This document shows positions 55,259 through 63,498 of a DNA stretch of 64,000 nt, piece by piece. Within the stretch, counting starts at the first letter, position 1; every line of letters starts with the position of its first letter. The notes under the pieces are model-generated. The model made no database searches. It was not told where the DNA came from and was given only the letters and a program-made list of their open reading frames with translations. The DNA lies in assembly GCA_963840635.1 (NCBI GenBank), contig CAWIZU010000008.1:32268-96267 (forward strand). Direction: 5' to 3'. Source of the stretch: Vulcanimicrobiota bacterium. Its GTDB lineage: Bacteria; Vulcanimicrobiota; Vulcanimicrobiia; Vulcanimicrobiales; Vulcanimicrobiaceae. A program made the position numbers and the translations under genes.

Positions 55259-55771
55259 ATGGGACTTACATCAGGCGTCGGTTCGCCACTATCATCGACG
55301 GCGACCGGTGCCAACAACTCGGCGGCGACTTCGGACAACACCCTAGGGCCGAATGCGTTCTTGCAATTGCTGACCACAGAGTTGCAGAACCAAAATCCGG
55401 ACACACCCCAGGATGCGACCGAATCCGTCACCCAGTTGGCGCAGATGTCTGAACTGCAGTATCAGCAACAGATGAGTACGGCGTTTCAGTCATTCTCGAG
55501 CAACTTCGGCGTGATGCAGGCGGCCTCGCTTATCGGCAAGGCAGCAACGGTCAACACGGGCACGAGCTCAACGGGTTCGAACTCGTCGACGGTCACCGGC
55601 ATCATCCAGTCAATCGACGTGCAAAACGGCACGCCGTACTTCACCATGACCAACTCGTCGGGTCAAACGCTGACCGATAGCAACGGCAATCCGCTGCTCT
55701 TCGCGACCAGCAGTATCATTGGCATCGGCAACTCGTCATCGGTAAGCGGAACGGGAAGTTCGGGGCAGTAA
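55259..55771 (+). CDS. flgD: flagellar hook capping/assembly protein FlgD
   Basis: 170-aa ORF with LGPNAFLQLLTTELQNQNPDTPQDATESVTQLAQMSELQ. Confidence 0.88.
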   Translation: MGLTSGVGSPLSSTATGANNSAATSDNTLGPNAFLQLLTTELQNQNPDTPQDATESVTQLAQMSELQYQQQMSTAFQSFSSNFGVMQAASLIGKAATVNTGTSSTGSNSSTVTGIIQSIDVQNGTPYFTMTNSSGQTLTDSNGNPLLFATSSIIGIGNSSSVSGTGSSGQ

Positions 55772-55772
55772 C

Positions 55773-56195
55773 GTGGATCCGAACGACATAAGCCGCGTCC
55801 AACAACCGGGAATCATCCCGGGCCCAACGGCGCGTCCGGTCGGTAAACCCGTTGAAATTCCGCCGACATCGTCACCGAGTTTCCGTGCGGTACTCGATAA
55901 CGTAGCGGCGCAGCAACAAGCACCGGCGGCAACGTCGGGCGAGTCGCTGAAATTCTCGGCTCACGCCATGCAGCGTCTGCAATCGCGAAACATCAGCCTG
56001 ACGTCGGAGGACGTTACGAAGATGAACGCGATGGCCGACAAAGCCGCGGCGAAAGGAGCGAAAAACTCGCTCTTCATCGTGCGCGACACTGCAATGATCG
56101 TGAGCATCAAGAACCGGACCGTCATCACCGCGGTCGATTCCGACTCGATGAAAGACAACGTCTTCACCAACATCGACTCGGCCGCAATCATTTAA
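55773..56195 (+). CDS. flagellar operon protein of the flgD-flgE intergenic type (TIGR02530-like)
   Basis: 140-aa ORF with LKFSAHAMQRLQSRNISLTSEDVTKMNAMADKAAAKGAKNSLFIVRDTAMIVSIKNRTVITAVDSDSMKDNVFTNIDSAAII. Confidence 0.75.
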   Translation: MDPNDISRVQQPGIIPGPTARPVGKPVEIPPTSSPSFRAVLDNVAAQQQAPAATSGESLKFSAHAMQRLQSRNISLTSEDVTKMNAMADKAAAKGAKNSLFIVRDTAMIVSIKNRTVITAVDSDSMKDNVFTNIDSAAII

Positions 56196-56232
56196 GAACA
56201 CTTTCCGGGGCGGACCGCTTGCGGAGCTCCGG

Positions 56233-56262
56233 CCGCGATGTGGATCAACTGAAACATCGCGG
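56233..56262 (+). promoter_or_regulatory. perfect 9-bp hairpin in the flgE leader
   Basis: CCGCGATGT-GGATCAACTGAA-ACATCGCGG. It ends 20 nt before the flgE ATG and 9 nt before the AGAGG Shine-Dalgarno sequence. GGA triplets sit in the loop (56242-56244) and at the 3' foot (56261-56263). Confidence 0.4.
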
Positions 56263-56282
56263 ATCCGTAATAGAGGTCAATA

Positions 56283-58127
56283 ATGGCTTTCGACTCGCTC
56301 TATACGGGGATCTCCGGCCTGGATGCATACCAGAGCTGGATCGACATGATCTCCAACAACATCGCCAATACGGCAACGCAGGGCTTTAAAGCCCAACGCA
56401 TGACGTTCGCCGATCAGTTCTACCAACAGGTTGGTTCACCGTCGGGTCCGACGCAGACCAGCGGTGGCGTCGACCCTGAAGATCTCGGCCTTGGCGTCAA
56501 AGTCGCAACCGTCGACACCGAGTTCGGCCAAGGCGGTCTGCAAACGACCGGCATCAACACCGATCTCGCGCTCAACGGCGACGGGTTCTTCATTCTCAAC
56601 AACGCAAACGGCTCGGGATCGCCGACGTACACGCGCAACGGCGCGTTCTCGCTCAACTCGAACGGCTTGTTCTACGATCCGTCGTCTGGTCAAGCGGTAA
56701 TGGGCTACATGGCCAACGGCGCAGGCGTTGTCTCGCCGAACGGCACACCCGGTGCGATCACGATTCCGGTCGGTTTGGCAGAGCAAGCCACGGCAACCGG
56801 TTCGGGCGTCAAGACTGGTCCCGCGATCAACGACCAAGTCTTCGACGTTGCTCTCGGCGGTAATCTCGATCAAACCAACTGGTCGCAGGCGTTCCAGCAG
56901 GCGATCGGCGCATCAGCAAATCCCGGCGCAGCAGTCACCGTCTCGACGACGCTGTACGATTCGCTCGGCGGCGCGCACGAAGCGACCGTCACCTATACGC
57001 CGGTCGCGCTGAATGCTACCTTAGCCACGGTGGCGCAAGCAGGTGCAGCGCTCGCCACTGCTCTAGCGGTTGCGCCAACAACCACCATCGGTGACACGAT
57101 CACGATCACTGGTGCAGCCGGCGCATACACGGTCAAGGACGGAAACACCGGGACGACGCAGGCGGCGACCAAGGGTCAGACGATTACGGTGGGCGGCGCG
57201 ACGTTTACGCTGGCATCGCCGGCCGCTGGCGGCGTTGACACGATCACGGTTGGAGGCGCCGCGAACGGCCTTCCGAGCGTTGCAAACTCTGCCGGCGCGA
57301 TGGTGCAAGCCGCGACCGAATGGCAAGTCAATGTGAGCTTCGCCGACGGAACGCAGTTCCAAACCATCTCGAGCGGTGCTTCGATCGCATCGACCGGTAC
57401 CATAACGGCCGCGACGCTCGGCAAGGGCACAACCGGCACTGTGGGCTACGCCTACTTTGACCAAAATGGACAGTACATCAACACGTCTTCGATCGCATCG
57501 GTCGCGAACGTGGCGGGTAGCACGGTGCCGGAAGCGATCGGCGCGAACGCGGCAGGCTATTTCCACGACGCCGGCGCGACAGCCAGCCTACAGCAGGGCA
57601 ATCAGCTTAACGTCCTGCAGTGGGGTCCCAGTGCGGGCAACGCAGCCCAGGCGCCGACGCAGACGGCGTCACCGGGCGCAATTGCACTCGGCTTCTTCGA
57701 CAACACGAGTCTCAATAGCAGTTCGACAGGCACGGTCGTCAGCCAGAACGGCTACGCGGCTGGTATCCTCTCGAACATCACCGTCGGTCAAGACGGAACG
57801 GTCACCGGGTCGTTCACCAACGGCCAGCAGAAGACGCTGGCACAACTCGCGGTCGCGACGTTCCAAGACGAGGACGGTCTTTCGCGGGTAGGCAGCGACC
57901 AATTCGCAGAGACGGCGGCTTCGGGCTTGGCACAAGTCGGTACCGCCAACAGCGGACGCTTCGGGTCGATCGTGGCCGGAGCGTTGGAACAGTCCAACGT
58001 CAACCTTGCCAACGAGTTCACCAACCTGATCGTCGCCCAGCGCGCGTTCCAGGCGAACTCACGCGGCATCGAAACGGCGGACGCCAACATGCAAACGATC
58101 ATCGCGCTCCAGGCCTCGCAGAACTAA
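56283..58127 (+). CDS. flgE: flagellar hook protein FlgE
   Basis: 614-aa intact ORF. The N terminus is MAFDSLYTGISGLDAYQSWIDMISNNIANTATQGFK. The C terminus is GALEQSNVNLANEFTNLIVAQRAFQANSRGIETADANMQTIIAL. Confidence 0.95.
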   Translation: MAFDSLYTGISGLDAYQSWIDMISNNIANTATQGFKAQRMTFADQFYQQVGSPSGPTQTSGGVDPEDLGLGVKVATVDTEFGQGGLQTTGINTDLALNGDGFFILNNANGSGSPTYTRNGAFSLNSNGLFYDPSSGQAVMGYMANGAGVVSPNGTPGAITIPVGLAEQATATGSGVKTGPAINDQVFDVALGGNLDQTNWSQAFQQAIGASANPGAAVTVSTTLYDSLGGAHEATVTYTPVALNATLATVAQAGAALATALAVAPTTTIGDTITITGAAGAYTVKDGNTGTTQAATKGQTITVGGATFTLASPAAGGVDTITVGGAANGLPSVANSAGAMVQAATEWQVNVSFADGTQFQTISSGASIASTGTITAATLGKGTTGTVGYAYFDQNGQYINTSSIASVANVAGSTVPEAIGANAAGYFHDAGATASLQQGNQLNVLQWGPSAGNAAQAPTQTASPGAIALGFFDNTSLNSSSTGTVVSQNGYAAGILSNITVGQDGTVTGSFTNGQQKTLAQLAVATFQDEDGLSRVGSDQFAETAASGLAQVGTANSGRFGSIVAGALEQSNVNLANEFTNLIVAQRAFQANSRGIETADANMQTIIALQASQN

Positions 58128-58144
58128 CGTAGAGGCATAGGGCA

Positions 58145-58175
58145 GGGGCGGCGGGACCAGCACACCCGCCGCCCC
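58145..58175 (+). other. perfect 11-bp GC hairpin directly after flgE
   Basis: GGGGCGGCGGG-ACCAGCACA-CCCGCCGCCCC. No T tract follows (AAACCCTAAT). Confidence 0.45.
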
Positions 58176-58199
58176 AAACCCTAATCGGGGGAGAGACGC

Positions 58200-58388
58200 A
58201 TGATTGCACTGACGCGACTCAACGGCCATCCCGTGATGGTCAATAGCGATTTGATCGAGCAAATCGAGGAAACGCCCGACACGGTCGTGACGCTGACGTC
58301 GGGGAACCGGCTCGTCGTGCGCGACCGCATGCTCGAGGTTCAGCAGAAGATCGTCGACTTCAAGAGGCGAATCTACGGACCGGCCTAA
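58200..58388 (+). CDS. flbD: flagellar protein FlbD
   Basis: 62-aa ORF MIALTRLNGHPVMVNSDLIEQIEETPDTVVTLTSGNRLVVRDRMLEVQQKIVDFKRRI. Confidence 0.88.
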   Translation: MIALTRLNGHPVMVNSDLIEQIEETPDTVVTLTSGNRLVVRDRMLEVQQKIVDFKRRIYGPA

Positions 58389-58481
58389 ACGGCCAAGCGG
58401 GCCCTTACATGGGCTTGATATTGGGATTGGCACGGCCGATACCCCGTAAAGGCGCTGGCTACCCCTGCGGAGAGCGGAACG

Positions 58482-59324
58482 TTGGACTTAGCAACAATTT
58501 TTGGCCTGATCCTGGGCTTTGGAGCCATCTTCGTCGCCGGCTGGGTCGGCGGGACGGATGCTCACGTCATTTTCGGGCGGTGGGAGGCGTTCTTCCTGAT
58601 CGTAGGCGGAACGCTGGGCGCCACCTTGACCTCGTTTCCTCTGCGCACGTTCGTGCGCGGGTTCTTCGGCGGGTGGAAAACCGCGTTTGTGCAGGTCGAT
58701 TATCACGAACGCGATGTGATCTCGACGCTCGTCTCGTTTGCGGAGAAAGCCCGACGCGAAGGGTTGCTCGCACTTGAGAACGAGGCGGCTGCACTCGACG
58801 ACGAGTTCATGCGCAAGGGGATTCAACTCGTCATCGACGGACGCGATACCGAGATCATTCGCAAGGTTTTAGAAACCGAGGTTTCGAGCACGCAAGAAGC
58901 CGGTGCGAAATCCGAACAGGTCTTCATGAACTTGGGCGGCTATTCGCCGACGCTCGGCATCATCGGAACGGTGCTCGGCTTGATCGGCATGCTCAAGGGT
59001 CTTGGCGAGATGGGCAACAGCACCAACGTTGCCGGCACGATCGGCGTCGCCACCGCGCAAGCCTTCGTCGCAACGTTCTTCGGGATCATGTTCGCCAACT
59101 TGCTGTGGCTTCCGATTGCAACCAAGATCAAGGAACGCAACGGACAGCTGCTGCTCATGCGCGAGATCATGATCGAAGGTATCCTCGCGATTCAAGCCGG
59201 CGACAACCCGCGTCTGCTCGAAGAGAAACTGCTCGCCTTTATCGATCCCAGAGAGCGCGAAAGCGCGGTCGAGGAGGGCGGAGCTATCGCGGGTGAGGCC
59301 GGCTATTCGGCATCGTCCGCCTAA
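58482..59324 (+). CDS. motA: flagellar motor stator protein MotA
   Basis: 280-aa ORF with a TTG start after GGAGAG. It has four TM helices and the conserved GYSPTLGIIGTVLGLI...TFFGIMFANLLWLPIA plug/channel region. Confidence 0.9.
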   Translation: MDLATIFGLILGFGAIFVAGWVGGTDAHVIFGRWEAFFLIVGGTLGATLTSFPLRTFVRGFFGGWKTAFVQVDYHERDVISTLVSFAEKARREGLLALENEAAALDDEFMRKGIQLVIDGRDTEIIRKVLETEVSSTQEAGAKSEQVFMNLGGYSPTLGIIGTVLGLIGMLKGLGEMGNSTNVAGTIGVATAQAFVATFFGIMFANLLWLPIATKIKERNGQLLLMREIMIEGILAIQAGDNPRLLEEKLLAFIDPRERESAVEEGGAIAGEAGYSASSA

Positions 59325-59347
59325 CGGAAGCGCAGAACTAACCACCA

Positions 59348-60118
59348 ATGGCACAACCGATCAAGAGCGCGGCCCGCGCGGCCGAGTCGAACCGGCCTCG
59401 CAAGAAGTCAGAGGAGAAGCTCGAGACCGCGGGCATGATGCGCTGGCTGTTGACCTACGCCGACATGATCACGCTCATGTTGGCGTTGTTCATCATTCTC
59501 TTCGCCATGTCGACGATCAGCCGTGTCAAGGTGCAGCAATTCGCCAAGTCCGTATCGGCCGGCTTCGACAACCAGTGGACGGTCAATCAGCCGCCGAACG
59601 GCGGCGCCAACGGCGAGCAGTCGTTTGAAGCAAGCTCGAGCATTCCGGCGATCAAGAAAGAGCTCGAGAAGTACGTCAAGGAAAACCACCTCGAACAGCA
59701 GGTGCAGGTGCATTCGGAAGCGCGCGGGCTGACTGTGACGCTGTTGTCCGATAAGGCCTTCTACAATAGCGGCAGCGCCGAGATCCGGCCCGAAGCGCAA
59801 AAATTTCTCGACGGCATCGCGCCCATCCTTAAACGCAATGGCAACGAGATTGCGGTCGAAGGCTATACCGACAACGTTCCGATCGCGACGTCGCAATATA
59901 AATCTAATTGGGAGCTCTCGACGGCGCGCGCGGCCAACGTCACCGAGTATCTGCAACAAGATGGCATCGCGCCGACCCGGCTGAGCGCGACCGGCTACAG
60001 TGAGTACCGTCCGCGCAATCGCAATGCGTCGGATACCGACAAACAAGTGAACCGGCGCGTCGATATCGTGCTCTTGAGCGGAAGCGCAGCTCCGGGCAGC
60101 ATTCAGAAAGGTAAATAG
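59348..60118 (+). CDS. motB: flagellar motor stator protein MotB (OmpA-like)
   Basis: 256-aa ORF with MMRWLLTYADMITLMLALFIILFAMS (TM helix with the conserved Asp). The OmpA-like domain is IAVEGYTDNVPI...SNWELSTARAANV...NRRVDIVL. Confidence 0.92.
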   Translation: MAQPIKSAARAAESNRPRKKSEEKLETAGMMRWLLTYADMITLMLALFIILFAMSTISRVKVQQFAKSVSAGFDNQWTVNQPPNGGANGEQSFEASSSIPAIKKELEKYVKENHLEQQVQVHSEARGLTVTLLSDKAFYNSGSAEIRPEAQKFLDGIAPILKRNGNEIAVEGYTDNVPIATSQYKSNWELSTARAANVTEYLQQDGIAPTRLSATGYSEYRPRNRNASDTDKQVNRRVDIVLLSGSAAPGSIQKGK

Positions 60119-60127
60119 CGAGCATTT

Positions 60128-61121
60128 ATGTCGAGTCTTTCACAAGAAGAGATTGATGCACTTATCAATCAACTCTCTGTCGAAGGCGCTCCGGCGAAGG
60201 AAGCGATCGACGGCCGCAGGGTCAAGTCGTTCGATTTCCGTTTCAACAAGCGGCTCGATAAGTTCACCAACAACCAACTGCAGACGCTACGTACGCTGCA
60301 CGAAAATTTCACGCGCCTGCTCAACAACTCACTTTCCGTCTATCTCCGCACGCGCGTCGAAGCGACGATCGTCTCGATCGAGCAGATCAGCTACGGCGAC
60401 TTCATCGCCTCGATCGGCATTCCGTCGATCCTGGGCATTTTTTCGATGGACCCGCTACCGGGTAGCGGTATCGTCCAAGTCGATCTCAATCTCGTCTTCT
60501 CGATCATCGACCGCTTGCTTGGCGGGCCGGGCTGGTTCCCGAACAAGCTGCGCGACCTGACCGACATCGAGCGCACTCTGATGCAGCGTTTCATGGCGCG
60601 TATGCTCAACAGCTACCGCGAGTCGTGGAACTACTTGTTGACGCTCTCGCTGAAGATCGAGGCGCTTGATTCCAATCCGCAGTTCATTCCGCGCATCATC
60701 CCGCTCGATCAGATCGTTGCCTACATCTCGATGGAATTGAAGATCGGCGACATGTCGGGCGTCATGAACTTCTGCCTCCCGTATTTGGTGCTGCAGTCGA
60801 TCGGGCAGCAGTTGACCGAATTCCAGTGGTCGCCGACGGTGATCGCCGGGCCGCGGCATGACCGAGGAAGATATCGCGCAGCTGACCAGAAACGTCGAGC
60901 GCGCACCGGTCGAGGTCGAAGTGGAACTGGGACAAACCACGGTGTCGCTGCGCGATCTGGTGGCACTGCAGGAAGGGGACATCGTCGTCTTCGATAAGTT
61001 GACCAACGAGCCGCTCCTGGCACGCGTGAATGAAAAGGAAAAATTCCGGGTTTTCCCCGGAATCAACAGAGAGCAGCTGACAGTGCAGGTCTCACACGTT
61101 TTAGCGAGCGAGGACGAATAG
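60128..61121 (+). pseudogene. fliM: flagellar motor switch protein FliM, one frame switch near 60855
   Basis: ORF 60128..60997 has LSQEEIDALI and the FliM middle domain up to ...EFQWSPTVIAGP. The C-terminal SpoA-type domain TEEDIAQLTRNVERAPVEVEVELGQTTVSLRDLVALQEGDIVVFDKL...* is in the frame of ORF 60858..61121. The combined length is ~331 aa. Confidence 0.88.
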
Positions 61122-61124
61122 CGT

Positions 61125-61748
61125 ATGCCCGATACACAACAGCTTGCCGATGCGATGCTGGCTGCGGCCGGCACGGTGCTCGGCAGGTTGGTGGAACAGT
61201 CTGCGAGCGTCAGCGCTGCAACGCGCGACGATCACGACGGGTCGATTCGTACCGATGGTAGCGAACTGGTTTCGCTCGCGACGATTCCCGCACTCGGCGC
61301 GCAGCTTGTCGTACGCTTCCCGACGGCCGACATGCAGCAGATCGTCGGCGTAATGCTGGGCGGGGGCGACGAGGTCACGGAGATGGGCCCGATGCAGCTC
61401 TCGATCGCGTCGGAGACCGTCTCGCAGATTGCGACGGCGATGGTCGAAGAACTCGCCAAGCAGATCGGCACGTCGGCCGAAGGCGCGCACGCATCGATGT
61501 GCACGGATGCGACGCTGCTGCCGCCGCCGCCGTTCGTCTCGTACAACGGCAAGGTTGATGTCGGCTCGGATCTGCACCCGCAGATCAGCATCGACTTTGC
61601 GGCAATTACGCTCTCGAAGCTTGGATTGGGCGCGACTGCCTCAGCCGAGGCCGCGAAAGCGCGCGAGGCGGAACCCGTCGCCGCTGCCGCCGCCACGTCA
61701 AGACGAGCTTCGCCGCCGCCAGACGCGCAAAACGTAGCCTACACGTGA
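61125..61748 (+). CDS. CheC-like domain protein corresponding to the N-terminal/middle part of FliY
   Basis: 207-aa ORF. LADAMLAAAGTVLGRLV and LSIASETVSQIATAMVEEL resemble the paired CheC/FliY helices, but the E-x2-N phosphatase consensus is not intact. An Ala/Pro-rich tail follows. Confidence 0.55.
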   Translation: MPDTQQLADAMLAAAGTVLGRLVEQSASVSAATRDDHDGSIRTDGSELVSLATIPALGAQLVVRFPTADMQQIVGVMLGGGDEVTEMGPMQLSIASETVSQIATAMVEELAKQIGTSAEGAHASMCTDATLLPPPPFVSYNGKVDVGSDLHPQISIDFAAITLSKLGLGATASAEAAKAREAEPVAAAAATSRRASPPPDAQNVAYT

Positions 61749-62029
61749 TGCCGCCGACGCCGGTGCGCGCTGCGCAACCCGGGCAGGCGAATCTCGATCT
61801 CGTGCACGACGTACCGCTTCAAATCAGTGCGGTGCTCGGCAAGACGATCATGCCGTTGCGCGAGGTTGTGTCGCTGCAGTCGGGGAGCGTGTTCGAACTG
61901 GACAAGCTCGCAGCCGAGCCGATCGATCTCTATGTGAACAACATCTTGATCGCGCGCGGCGAAGTGGTCGTCGTGGACGATAAGTACGCGGTGAAGATTA
62001 GCGAACTCAATCCGCAAACGAGTTCGTAG
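61745..62029 (+). CDS. fliN: flagellar motor switch protein FliN (SpoA domain)
   Basis: 94-aa ORF with NLDLVHDVPLQISAVLGKTIMPLREVVSLQSGSVFELDKLAAEPIDLYVNNILIARGEVVVVDDKYAVKISEL. GTGATG overlaps the upstream TGA. Confidence 0.88.
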   Translation: MMPPTPVRAAQPGQANLDLVHDVPLQISAVLGKTIMPLREVVSLQSGSVFELDKLAAEPIDLYVNNILIARGEVVVVDDKYAVKISELNPQTSS

Positions 62030-62038
62030 CTCTCGCTG

Positions 62039-62360
62039 ATGGCCGCGGGCTTCTGGCTGAGTTACGTCTTTGCCCTATTGGTCGTCGCGCTCTTGCTCGG
62101 CGGCCTTTATCTCGTTGTACGGGGTCTCGCGCGCGGCCGGATTTTGAGTTCGGCGAATAGCGCGTCTGGTGACGGTGCTCGAGTCGACGCCACTCTCGCA
62201 GCATTCTGCATTGCACGTCATCAAGGCCGGATCGCACTACTATTTGATCGGCGGCGGTCAGGGGCACGTCACTTCGATTGTCGAGTTGCCCGCCGAAGAA
62301 GTTGAGAGCTGGCTCGAAACGCAGCGCGCGCTGCTTGCGCACCACGCAAAAGTCGCTTAG
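62039..62360 (+). pseudogene. fliO: flagellar biosynthesis protein FliO/FliZ, one frame switch near 62165
   Basis: The TM helix part MAAGFWLSYVFALLVVALLLGGLYLVVRGLARGR...ANSA (ORF 62039) continues in the frame of ORF 62169 as LVTVLESTPLSQHSALHVIKAGSHYYLIGGGQGHVTSIVELP...*. Confidence 0.7.
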
Positions 62361-62381
62361 CCGACATGGTGAAGTCGTTGC

Positions 62382-63220
62382 GTGGAAAACAATAATCGCA
62401 TCGTCGACGCGCTCGTGCGCGTTTGGGAACGCCACGCGACCTTCTTGATCAGCGCGGCGCTTGTATTTGTCTTGCTGTGGGTGCTGCCGGCGCTTGCGGT
62501 GGCGCAGAACTGCGCCGACCTCGCCGACCTCTCCGACGCTTGCCGGTGCCGAACATCAATATCGGTCTGGGCCAGACGAATAATCCGCAGCAAGTCGTCG
62601 GCGCACTGCAGATCCTGCTGCTGCTCACGGTGCTCACGCTCGCGCCGACGTTGCTCGTGATGATGACCTCGTTCACGCGCATCATCGTCGTGCTCTCGTT
62701 CGTGCGCACCGCCATGGGCACGCAGCAGACGCCGCCGAACCAAGTCTTGGTCGGTCTCGCGCTGCTCTTGACGTTCTTCGTGATGAACCCGGTGATCCAC
62801 GAGATCAACAACAACGCGGTGCAGCCGTATCTGCAGAAGAAGATCTCGCAGCCGGTCGCGCTCGATCGCGCGGCACAGCCGCTGCGCGCGTTCATGTTCA
62901 AGCAGACGCGCGAGAAGGACATTCAGCTCTTCTATTCGATCTCGAAAGAGCCGCGACCGGCCGCACAAAAGGACGTGCCGACGTATCTGCTGGTGCCGGC
63001 GTTCGTGCTTTCCGAGCTGAAGACGGCCTTTGAGATCGGCTTTGCGATCTACATCCCGTTCATCATCATCGACATGGTCACGGCGGCCATTTTGCTCTCG
63101 ATGGGCATGATGATGATCCCGCCGATCATCATCTCACTGCCGTTCAAGGTCCTGATCTTCATTCTCGTCGACGGCTGGGATCTGGTCGTCAGCGCGCTCT
63201 TCCAGAGTTTCCACTCATGA
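62382..63220 (+). pseudogene. fliP: flagellar export apparatus protein FliP, one frame switch near 62540
   Basis: The signal peptide FLISAALVFVLLWVLPALAVAQ is in the frame of ORF 62382. The mature protein LPVPNINIGLGQTNNPQQVVGALQILLLLTVLTLAPTLLVMMTSFTRIIVVLSFVRTAMGTQQTPPNQVLVGLALLLTFFVM... is in the frame of ORF 62423. Confidence 0.88.
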
Positions 63221-63486
63221 CGTTCGGCGACGTCGTATCGCTCGGGCAACAGGCGATCTTCGTCGCGCTCCTCGCGGCGGCGCCGGTGCTGTTGCTGAGC
63301 ATGGTCGTCGGCCTCGTGATCTCGCTCTTCCAGGCGGTCACCCAGATCCAGGAGCCGACGCTGGCGTTTATCCCCAAGATCGTCGTCTCGGCGCTCGCGC
63401 TGCTGTTCTTCGCGCCGTTCATTCTCGCGCTGCTGACCGATTTCGCGGCGCGAGTCTTCTCGAATTTGCCCGCGCTGGCAAAGTGA
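63217..63486 (+). CDS. fliQ: flagellar export apparatus protein FliQ
   Basis: 89-aa ORF, two TM helices, with ...ISLFQAVTQIQEPTLAFIPKIV... Confidence 0.9.
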   Translation: MTFGDVVSLGQQAIFVALLAAAPVLLLSMVVGLVISLFQAVTQIQEPTLAFIPKIVVSALALLFFAPFILALLTDFAARVFSNLPALAK

Positions 63487-63498
63487 GGCGGTTGCTTA

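Noticed and set aside
58435-58442. GCCGATAC upstream of motA as a sigma-28 -10 element.
   Set aside because: No TAAA lies at the required 15-16 nt upstream (TGAT/TTGA instead). The same 7-8-mer class also occurs by chance inside coding regions (13228-13235 in oxc, 42623-42630 in hpt).
62514-62531. 9-bp tandem repeat GCCGACCTC x2 in the fliP signal-peptide region as the cause of a disruption.
   Set aside because: It is in frame (ADL-ADL) and does not itself break the reading frame. The frame switch lies about 10 nt downstream.
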